64,000 nt of DNA from a virus (Duplodnaviria; Caudoviricetes), in IMG/VR virus record IMGVR_UViG_3300034062_006701; one strand, given 5' to 3'. Below the pieces are notes generated by a model. It was not told the origin of the DNA. It worked only from the letters and a program-made list of their open reading frames with translations, and searched no databases. The position numbers and the translations under genes were made by a program. Shown here one piece after another: positions 56,736 to 64,000 of this stretch. The number at the start of each line of letters is the position of its first letter. Position 1 is the stretch's first letter.

Positions 56736-57437
56736 ATGTTAGTACTCTCCCATGATAAAATTATTGAGTTGTATGAGCAATTCGTTAAAGCAAATTACAA
56801 CACTGACTTTACTGAAAGATATAACCCTTTACCGGTCCATAAAAATAATAAAAAATGGAGATGGGAAGGTAAGGATTTTCCACGTGTCATATCGCTCTTA
56901 GAGTTTGAGAGATATATTAACAAATATAATTTTCAAATTAATGATCTGTTAATTTTTAATGGTGAGGATGATCCTGAGATTGAATACCTTGATGACAGAA
57001 TCAAGACACTTCATAATTTTGATTATATGTCGGATACAGTAAATTATGATTTACACCAATTAAAGCTCCCACGTACAGATTATGATTTTGTTTGCCTGCA
57101 CCAAACGCTCGAACATATCTATAACCCATATCAATGTCTAACTAATATACGAAACCATATGAAAGAAGGCGGGTACCTCTATATTAATGTACCAGCGTGT
57201 AACGCACCACATAGCGAGCCATTTCACCACTTTACGGGATTTACACCTATGGGTCTCGTTGCAGTATCATATCAAGCTGGCTTCAAGGTATGTGAGGCTG
57301 GTCAATGGGGCAATACAGAATACCTCGTTAAATTATGGACGCGTAACCCGGGGTGGTCAGATTATAGCCAGTTAGCTAACCCTGGTATAAATGAAATACA
57401 TAATCCTGTTATAACCTGGGTTCTTTTACAAAAATAA
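56736..57437 (+). CDS. Class I SAM methyltransferase-like protein
   Basis: 'YDFV...QTLEHI.NP...L...MKEGG.L.I.VP...H.EP..F..FTP.GL'. Confidence 0.75.
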   Translation: MLVLSHDKIIELYEQFVKANYNTDFTERYNPLPVHKNNKKWRWEGKDFPRVISLLEFERYINKYNFQINDLLIFNGEDDPEIEYLDDRIKTLHNFDYMSDTVNYDLHQLKLPRTDYDFVCLHQTLEHIYNPYQCLTNIRNHMKEGGYLYINVPACNAPHSEPFHHFTGFTPMGLVAVSYQAGFKVCEAGQWGNTEYLVKLWTRNPGWSDYSQLANPGINEIHNPVITWVLLQK

Positions 57438-57441
57438 AAAT

Positions 57442-58287
57442 ATGTACGGTCTTTTATGTGTTGATGATATTTCTGTAGTGGGTCACAGCTTGTTTAATAA
57501 CTTTAGATTGGCTCTATATAATTTCTTTGATAAAAATAACATTAAAGATGTTAATAATGTAACTGATCTTCATAATGTAACACATTTAATTATTGTAGAT
57601 GAGCATCACATCCCTTGTGTAAATATATGGAAGAACGATATCTTTATAAATGAATTAAATACACGAAATATTAAAACGGTTGTGTTTAATTTTGAAAAGA
57701 TATTTAGCTCGAGTTTTCCTTGGAATGCCGATCATCAGCGAAAGCTCGAAACAATTAGAAATCTTGTACAGTTTGTAAGTGACATCGATGATGCTACAAT
57801 ACTAAACCAAACAACGATAAATAAGCAGTATCTATCAAGGGATACTTGTTTAGGTGTAAGTGAAATTAAAAAAATCGATAGAATACTGTTCATCGGTCAG
57901 TTAAATGAATACTATCCTACGAGACGTCAGCTGTTAGATAGTGCTAGTAGATCAGGACTACCTGTCGATATCATTATTACAGATCGTAAGCTTTCATATA
58001 ATGAATTTTTATTAAAACTAAATCAGTATAAATTTATTTTAAATCCTCTTGGTACAGGTAAATTTTTAAACTTACGCTTTTACGAGGCTTTAAAGCTTAG
58101 CTGTATACCGATACAACAAATAACTCCAGAGATGGTTTCTTGGTATCCTGAGCTAACTCAATCAATCAACTTTATTGATTTTAGCGAAATTACAGAAGAT
58201 ACATTGTCACGTCAAGTCACCCGCGATGAATTCTATCTAGAAGATTATTTTTCTATGATAGACTTGAATCAATATTTTAAATATTGA
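57442..58287 (+). CDS. GT-B/exostosin-like glycosyltransferase
   Basis: 'LFIGQL..Y..RR', 'YKFILNPLG...RFYEAL...CIPI'. Confidence 0.65.
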   Translation: MYGLLCVDDISVVGHSLFNNFRLALYNFFDKNNIKDVNNVTDLHNVTHLIIVDEHHIPCVNIWKNDIFINELNTRNIKTVVFNFEKIFSSSFPWNADHQRKLETIRNLVQFVSDIDDATILNQTTINKQYLSRDTCLGVSEIKKIDRILFIGQLNEYYPTRRQLLDSASRSGLPVDIIITDRKLSYNEFLLKLNQYKFILNPLGTGKFLNLRFYEALKLSCIPIQQITPEMVSWYPELTQSINFIDFSEITEDTLSRQVTRDEFYLEDYFSMIDLNQYFKY

Positions 58288-58311
58288 TTATTAAAGCGTA
58301 TACTATATAAT
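58284..58311 (+). promoter_or_regulatory. Sigma70-type promoter (DUF366-gp62-GroES operon)
   Basis: TTGATT-16-TATAAT, 6 nt upstream of the ATG. Confidence 0.75.
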
Positions 58312-58317
58312 GACCAT

Positions 58318-58905
58318 ATGATTATTAATGTACCTATCTACGACGGTGATCTTATTCACACCCGCTTTGCTTACAAGCATTTCCGTAAAAATACTCTCCC
58401 TATTGGTAATATTGTAGCCTTTAGGGCACCTATGAAGGTTGAGGCGGAAGGCATGATCGATCATGAGGATCTTATCAGTGCAGATTACATCTATAGTGAC
58501 GATGCTATTAATTTTTGTTGGGAGATCCCGAACCTGTGCCCGTTCGGTGCTGTTGCATTTCAGCGCCTATTAAACACACAGATAGCAAATATTCTTAGTA
58601 GTAAATATCTAAACACACCGATTGAGGTTGATGGTGATGACCTTATGGTACATAAGGAACACAACCAAGGCGGCGTAACTCAAATGACAGGTAAATGTAG
58701 TGTTAGTATTACCTATTCAAAGAATAATGTCGCTCTCGGTCATACCGGTATTAATATAACTGCTGGTAAGAAAGCGCCGGCTTTTGCCTTTTCTACTAAC
58801 CTGACTGACGAACAGGCGACTAATTTTATGCAGGATGTTATTAACCTGTTTTATGCAATGAATGATGATATTTTTATTCAAACTAGTAAGCTCACCGTTG
58901 CCTGA
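58318..58905 (+). CDS. DUF366-like protein (biotin/lipoate ligase-like fold)
   Basis: 'IVAFR.PM.VE...D.ED', 'S.DAINF..EIP', 'FQRL', 'GDDL', 'K.SVSI', 'H.GINI'. Confidence 0.7.
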   Translation: MIINVPIYDGDLIHTRFAYKHFRKNTLPIGNIVAFRAPMKVEAEGMIDHEDLISADYIYSDDAINFCWEIPNLCPFGAVAFQRLLNTQIANILSSKYLNTPIEVDGDDLMVHKEHNQGGVTQMTGKCSVSITYSKNNVALGHTGINITAGKKAPAFAFSTNLTDEQATNFMQDVINLFYAMNDDIFIQTSKLTVA

Positions 58906-58921
58906 GCAGGTTTAATGTAAA

Positions 58922-59293
58922 ATGGTAATATTTGATTTTATTACAAGCGTCCTCTTTACAAAGGAAAAAAATTGCTTACAGACGGTTGATCAAGAGAAAG
59001 ATTTTTCACCATACATGCTTAATAGGTGGGTAAGTATGTATTCACCGTCTGTAGCTGTTTTCAGTAATATATTAAACAGGTATTTAACTGTCTTTGAGAA
59101 TAAGACAGATTTATATAACCTGTTTATAGGTGTATTGCCGCATGTTATGTCGAAAAGAATAGCATACATAAAGAAGATAAAGCAAGAGAAGGTGGAAGAA
59201 AACTTAGATATTAAACTCATAGCAAATAATTTGGAATTATCTGAACGAGAAATAAACCAATACATTGCATTTATAGCATCAGAAGATAATTAA
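58922..59293 (+). CDS. gp62: Clamp loader small subunit
   Basis: 'F.PYM.NRW.S...N...Y..F...LP...YIKK...L...E...Y'. Confidence 0.7.
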   Translation: MVIFDFITSVLFTKEKNCLQTVDQEKDFSPYMLNRWVSMYSPSVAVFSNILNRYLTVFENKTDLYNLFIGVLPHVMSKRIAYIKKIKQEKVEENLDIKLIANNLELSEREINQYIAFIASEDN

Positions 59294-59299
59294 ACGTAT

Positions 59300-59767
59300 A
59301 TGGTTGCAGATATTGACATGCTTGGTCCTCTTCCGAAAAGTCTAATTGACTTTTCTTCACTCCCTAAAAATTCATTTAATTCTGTTTTTTATGGTTATAA
59401 CTTAAAGCAAGTTTTAGATGATATACTTCTCTGTACATTTGTTGATGAAACAGAAGACGGTACAAGTATTATCCGAAACGGGTTACATGTACCTGTTAAT
59501 ACAGATACCAAAGCATGGCGTATCGGTGAAGTTATCTTAGCAGGACCAAATGTCAAATACGCAAAGGTGGGTGATTTTGTTTGCTTCCCGAATAATCTCG
59601 GTGTACCGGTTTCAAATTTAGATATTGAAAATTACGGCACTCTAAAGAAAGGTATATTTTTAAATGAGCAGCGTATTTTTGGTATCTGCTCAACAAGAAC
59701 AAACGATAATGAAAGTGTCGCTGCCCACATTAAAAAGTCTTCTACTAAGCAACGTCGCAGAGATTAA
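59300..59767 (+). CDS. GroES-like co-chaperonin
   Basis: 'DDILL...RNGLHVP...GEVILAGPNVK..KVGDFV.FP...FLNE..IFG'. Confidence 0.75.
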   Translation: MVADIDMLGPLPKSLIDFSSLPKNSFNSVFYGYNLKQVLDDILLCTFVDETEDGTSIIRNGLHVPVNTDTKAWRIGEVILAGPNVKYAKVGDFVCFPNNLGVPVSNLDIENYGTLKKGIFLNEQRIFGICSTRTNDNESVAAHIKKSSTKQRRRD

Positions 59768-60086
59768 GTTTAACAGGAGACGTTTAAAGCCTGGTGCACC
59801 GTTAACCAGGCGCATGCTTTGCACAAACTCACTTGAATTGCTTAATAGTACTGAAGGTAGATTAGCGTTGAATTATAAGAGAGCAATTAATATGCCAAAG
59901 TTTAATCCTAATTTAAAGGACCTTATTATAACATGGGATATCTTTATGCAAGACTATCGATGCATTAATATGGTGGCATGCGATTTAATTCAAGTTATAC
60001 CTGCTAATAAAACATTCTGGAAATATTTCAATGAAAAGCTAGCTGGACTATCTGCACCACAAAAAATAAATTTCATGAACACATGA
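59709..60086 (+). CDS. Hypothetical protein (possible SH3/WYL-like barrel)
   Basis: 'AEIKF.RR...RRMLCT...WDI..QDYR.I'; start moved to MKVSL. Confidence 0.55.
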   Translation: MKVSLPTLKSLLLSNVAEIKFNRRRLKPGAPLTRRMLCTNSLELLNSTEGRLALNYKRAINMPKFNPNLKDLIITWDIFMQDYRCINMVACDLIQVIPANKTFWKYFNEKLAGLSAPQKINFMNT

Positions 60087-60433
60087 CATCCGTTGACGAA
60101 ATCGAACAGCATATAAAACCGTTTCTGCTCCGAACAGTAGAATTTTCGCTTGACGGTAGACAACTAAAGCAGGGTAAGCTTCAACTCTTTTGCGTAAAAG
60201 ACTTCTTTTGCGTCTTTACACTTATCAATCAAGATAAAAATAATAAAAAAATAATTTACGAGTTACCGTACCCTTTTAATATAAAAAACACAGGTAATAG
60301 CTTAGAACTTGATTATACAATTGAATCGTTTTGCATGTCAAACAAAGCCATAAAAGAGTGTGTAACGGCAATTAGATATCAAAAGATATCTAAACTTTTT
60401 AACAAAAAACTTATTGTTAATGCTATTGATTGA
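60083..60433 (+). CDS. Hypothetical protein
   Basis: ATGA overlap with the upstream gene. Confidence 0.6.
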   Translation: MTSVDEIEQHIKPFLLRTVEFSLDGRQLKQGKLQLFCVKDFFCVFTLINQDKNNKKIIYELPYPFNIKNTGNSLELDYTIESFCMSNKAIKECVTAIRYQKISKLFNKKLIVNAID

Positions 60434-60448
60434 GATTATAATGTATTT

Positions 60449-62083
60449 GTGACGTCAAATCTCATCTCTCAATTCCCACTAGATTATACACCGAGTAGAC
60501 AGCAGATCGATATTATATCGAGAATAGAAAAAGCCTTCTTAAATAAGAAAAAGTTCGTAATTTGCTGTGCACCAACAGGATCAGGTAAGAGTTTTATATC
60601 ACGTACAATAGGAAATTGTTCGAAAGAGCCGAGCTCAGAGTTTAATCAACTAATTAGTAGCTATGACGCGTATAAGATGGATTTTGACGGTAATTATAGT
60701 TACGAGCAAGAATGTAATAATGAACCACCATCCGGCACTTTTGCTTTAACAATTTCAAAATCTCTTCAAGATCAGTATCACGAGCTATTCACAGAAGCGG
60801 ATATATTGAAAGGGAAAACAAATTATGTTTGTGATGTAGATAAAAACTTTGATGTAGAGCTAGCACCTTGCACGTTTGCAACCTCGCTTAGAGATCAATG
60901 CTGGGAGGCTAATAGATGCCCCTACTATACAGCAAGAAACAACGCTCTATTATCACCGTTCTCTGTACTCAACTATAAAATGTTTCTCGCACTACCAGGT
61001 CATGTAAAGAGAAAGAATTTTATTGTCTGTGATGAAGCATCGGAGCTAGAGGACGAGTTAATACGTCAATTTTCCGCTGAAATATCATACGAAAAATTAA
61101 CACATTACAATATACCGCATACCACACTTGTTACAGATAGTAAGGAACGAGCTTTGATCTGGCTAAATGATTTGCTTGATCCTATTTCTACAGAAATATC
61201 TAGATTTGCTGACAAGGCATCAAATAAGAGTAAAAATCTTTTTACACAATCCGAAAAAATAAAATACCAGTTCCTTAAAAATCTACATCGATCCCTTAGT
61301 GTTATTGCTACCCATTGGAATGAATGTGATTATGTTGTAGATATAGATTCTAAGAGAGTCATTTTAACCCCACTTAAAGCAAATACATTATCGAAGTATA
61401 TCTTTGATTATGGCGATAAAATCGTATTGCTTTCTGCTACAATTATTGACCATAAGCATTTTGCACAATCACTCGGTATAAAAGATTATGAATACATTGA
61501 AGTCGAGAGTGTGTTCGATTCAAGCAAGTCGCCTATTTATATCTCAAGCAAATACAAGCCTAATTATAAAAATCTCAAAAACGTACTACCCGGTATTTGT
61601 GAACAGATAAAGTTGATTATGAACCATCATCATAGCGAAAAAGGTATCATACATACACACTCAAATGACATTACATCCTTTGTTAAGGACAGGCTTTCAT
61701 CAACTGGTAGACTTCTGTGCCGTGATACGAATAACACAAATGAAGATATTCTTAAATTACATAGCGAGACAAATGACCCTACGGTCTTAGCCTCACCGTC
61801 TCTTGTTTACGGTATCGATCTCAAGGACAGTTTAGCGAGATTTCAAATTATCGTCAAGCTACCGTTCTTACCACTTTCATCAAAGCGTATTAAAAAATTA
61901 TTTGAGCTCGATAAGGAGTGGTATGAAAATAAGATGCTTAACGCTATAGTACAGGCATCAGGAAGAGCTACGAGAGGTATAAATGATTATTCTACAACAT
62001 ATATTCTCGACGGAAATTTTATTAATGTTGTACATCGCGCTAAAAACAAATTACCAAAACATTTTATTGAGCGCATTCATTAA
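60449..62083 (+). CDS. DinG/XPD-like Fe-S helicase
   Basis: 'APTGSGKS', four-Cys cluster region, 'CDEASELE', 'LSATI', 'QASGRATR', 'ILDG'. Confidence 0.88.
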   Translation: MTSNLISQFPLDYTPSRQQIDIISRIEKAFLNKKKFVICCAPTGSGKSFISRTIGNCSKEPSSEFNQLISSYDAYKMDFDGNYSYEQECNNEPPSGTFALTISKSLQDQYHELFTEADILKGKTNYVCDVDKNFDVELAPCTFATSLRDQCWEANRCPYYTARNNALLSPFSVLNYKMFLALPGHVKRKNFIVCDEASELEDELIRQFSAEISYEKLTHYNIPHTTLVTDSKERALIWLNDLLDPISTEISRFADKASNKSKNLFTQSEKIKYQFLKNLHRSLSVIATHWNECDYVVDIDSKRVILTPLKANTLSKYIFDYGDKIVLLSATIIDHKHFAQSLGIKDYEYIEVESVFDSSKSPIYISSKYKPNYKNLKNVLPGICEQIKLIMNHHHSEKGIIHTHSNDITSFVKDRLSSTGRLLCRDTNNTNEDILKLHSETNDPTVLASPSLVYGIDLKDSLARFQIIVKLPFLPLSSKRIKKLFELDKEWYENKMLNAIVQASGRATRGINDYSTTYILDGNFINVVHRAKNKLPKHFIERIH

Positions 62084-62115
62084 TTAAATAATTTAGTTAA
62101 AGAGGAGAAAGTGTT

Positions 62116-62949
62116 ATAAAAGCAGAAACGTTCCATTTTGAAATTAAGGATCTTATAACGCAGTTTATAACTGCGTTTGATAATATTGTTATTAAGCGAT
62201 ATAACAATCAACGTGTACCGCAGAGTAAAGTACAGGTTAGGTACGTGTATTCACCAAAACAACGTGTGTTATATGATCTGGTAAACTATGCGCAGAATAT
62301 AACCTTGCCTGTTGTATCTGTTAGTATAGCTAGCATTAGCCGTGATGAAAGTCGTGTCTTTAATAAAATTAACGGATTTTATATTAGCAATGGTAAAAGC
62401 GATATAGATAAAACTCAAACGACAACACATTACCGTAGCCCTGTCCCTGTTAATATTACCGTAAACATGTCAATCTTAACAAAATTTCAGAGTGACATGG
62501 ATCAAATTCTTTCAAATTTCATCCCATATAATAACCCATATATTATACTTTCATGGAAAGTACCTGAAGATTTATCTATGTCAGGGTTTGCTGTACCGCA
62601 GGAAATTCGGAGTGAAGTTCTTTGGAGCGGTAGCGTCAACATGTCATACCCTACAGATATTGCAGCTACTGATAAATACAAAATCACCGGTGATACTTCA
62701 TTTACTATAAAAGGATGGCTGTTTCCAGCAGAGCGTGACCCTGTCGGTAATATTTTTTATATTAAAGAAAATTTCTATAATACACAATTGATAACATCGG
62801 TAGCAGAATTAACAGCAGCTGAGTTTAGTTACCCGAGTAATACAAATCTTACTACAGAGGTCGAAAGTATATCATCGTATGGTTACCCTCAAATCACGAA
62901 CTCTACCACATTTACTACATCAAATGCGTTAACTGATACGTATTTATAA
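62116..62949 (+). CDS. gp15: Tail terminator gp15-like (start probably ATA)
   Basis: Frame open from 62101: 'FHFEIKDLITQF..AFD.I.I.R...V.Y.Y.PKQR...LP.V.V.I.SI.RD..R..NK...VPVNI...SIL.KF..DMDQI..NF.PY'. Confidence 0.75.
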   Translation: MKAETFHFEIKDLITQFITAFDNIVIKRYNNQRVPQSKVQVRYVYSPKQRVLYDLVNYAQNITLPVVSVSIASISRDESRVFNKINGFYISNGKSDIDKTQTTTHYRSPVPVNITVNMSILTKFQSDMDQILSNFIPYNNPYIILSWKVPEDLSMSGFAVPQEIRSEVLWSGSVNMSYPTDIAATDKYKITGDTSFTIKGWLFPAERDPVGNIFYIKENFYNTQLITSVAELTAAEFSYPSNTNLTTEVESISSYGYPQITNSTTFTTSNALTDTYL

Positions 62950-62990
62950 TGGTATTATGCTAAATACTAATTAAGTAACTGTGATATATT

Positions 62991-64000
62991 ATGGTTGATT
63001 CAAATAGAGAAAGTACGTTCGGCAGAGGGTTGATGAAATACGTTTCATCAAAACTGCCCTACCAGTCGTATGATGTTAACGATAAAATTAACAGTTTAAA
63101 TCCAAAATATGAACTTTTCTTCAACCGTGGATCTGATAGAGTTGGTGCACTAACGAGACAATCTGTCTCATCATCTATATCTTTCTCTGATGATCAGTAT
63201 GCGAGCATATTACAGAACAAGGATTATCATGACTTCATGTACGCAAACATCCAGCCTGACAAGGGTAGGAGGCTTTCAGATTACCGCGTCATGGCTGCGT
63301 ATTCAGAAGTTGCAGATGCATTGGATGAGATTTGCGATGAGTTTATAAACAAAGACGATAATGGTGAAATCGCAAAACTTAATTTTATTGATGCAGGTTT
63401 ATCTGATTCGCAAAAAAATACGATAAAAAAAGAATTTCAAAAATATATTGGGTATTTTGATTTAGAGCATAAGGGATGGGAGTACATACGACAACTTCTT
63501 GTTGATGCAGAAATTTTTTGGGAACATATAATACACAAGAAATATCCCAAAGAAGGTATTTTAGGAGTTGTATCTATACCTTCTGATGTGATAGATCCTG
63601 TATATGAAAATGTACAGAATATGATTGTAAAAGGGTTTTTGTTACGTAAGCCCATTTACGATCCGAAGAATCCCGGTAAGATAGCTCGTACGGAGCTTAT
63701 ACCGATGGATATTAATCAGGTAACGTATATAAATTCCGGTATATGGAACGAGAATAAAAACATACGCCTACCGTTTATAGAAAATGCACGTAGAGCGTAT
63801 AGACAATTGAGCTTAATTGAAGATGCGATAGTTATATATCGTCTTGTACGTGCACCGGAGAGATTAGTGTTTAACGTCGATGTCGGTAATATGGCCCCAC
63901 CAAAAGCTGAGGCATATCTACGCAAGCTAATGACAAACTACTGGTCAAAGCGAACTTATGATGCTGACCAGGGAGCTACAGTACAAAAATTTAACCCACA
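62991..64000 (+). CDS. gp20: Portal protein (partial, runs off the window)
   Basis: Own translation: 'YRVMAAYSEVADALDEICDE...RQLSLIEDAIVIYRLVRAPERLVFNVDVGNMAPPKAEAYLRKLM'. Confidence 0.95.
   Translation, partial: MVDSNRESTFGRGLMKYVSSKLPYQSYDVNDKINSLNPKYELFFNRGSDRVGALTRQSVSSSISFSDDQYASILQNKDYHDFMYANIQPDKGRRLSDYRVMAAYSEVADALDEICDEFINKDDNGEIAKLNFIDAGLSDSQKNTIKKEFQKYIGYFDLEHKGWEYIRQLLVDAEIFWEHIIHKKYPKEGILGVVSIPSDVIDPVYENVQNMIVKGFLLRKPIYDPKNPGKIARTELIPMDINQVTYINSGIWNENKNIRLPFIENARRAYRQLSLIEDAIVIYRLVRAPERLVFNVDVGNMAPPKAEAYLRKLMTNYWSKRTYDADQGATVQKFNP

Noticed and set aside
48307-58287. Window being a eukaryotic giant virus or a host LPS locus because of the GT families
   Set aside because: Flanked by unambiguous T4-type genes (gp62, gp15, gp20, gp55) with the same promoter style and base composition; no wzx/wzy or membrane genes
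1732-63925. Many 60-160 aa ORFs antisense to or overlapping long genes (for example 1732-2217, 6581-6892, 46303-46719, 58990-59265, 63437-63925)
   Set aside because: They are shadows of well-supported genes, with no motifs and no promoter geometry
1-64000. Stop-codon reassignment
   Set aside because: Core genes are intact under code 11, and both TAG and TGA end genes at tight junctions
1-64000. tRNA genes, CRISPR arrays, IS elements or integrase
   Set aside because: No cloverleaf, repeat-spacer array or transposase/integrase motif seen, and intergenic gaps are almost all too short

Overview
This is a gene-dense, AT-rich 64 kb segment of a large T4-superfamily myophage, uncultured-type and distant from T4 itself. 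It carries a contractile-tail module (sheath, tube and tube paralogues, tape measure, baseplate hub), large terminase, neck gp14, tail terminator gp15 and a partial portal. The T4-type replisome is present (gp61, gp45, gp32, gp41, gp43, gp46/47, UvsX/W/Y, gp62) together with the late sigma gp55. Five things stand out. (1) A dispersed 7-deazaguanine pathway (FolE, QueD, QueE, QueC) plus a stand-alone class II amidotransferase coupled to a glycosyltransferase-like gene, with no recognisable DpdA in the window. (2) A 10 kb, 13-gene operon of soluble glycosyl- and methyltransferases, including families best known from eukaryotes. (3) Many late genes whose N-termini resemble T4 capsid-targeting leaders, among them a ligase-fold/HIGH-nucleotidyltransferase pair and a retropepsin. 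(4) Promoter-like hexamers (late TAAATA; early TTGATT-N16/17-TATAAT) lying only 3-11 nt upstream of start codons, implying leaderless or near-leaderless mRNAs. (5) A nested in-frame gene with its own late promoter, and a probable ATA-initiated gp15. All family calls come from motif recognition by eye; no database searches were run.
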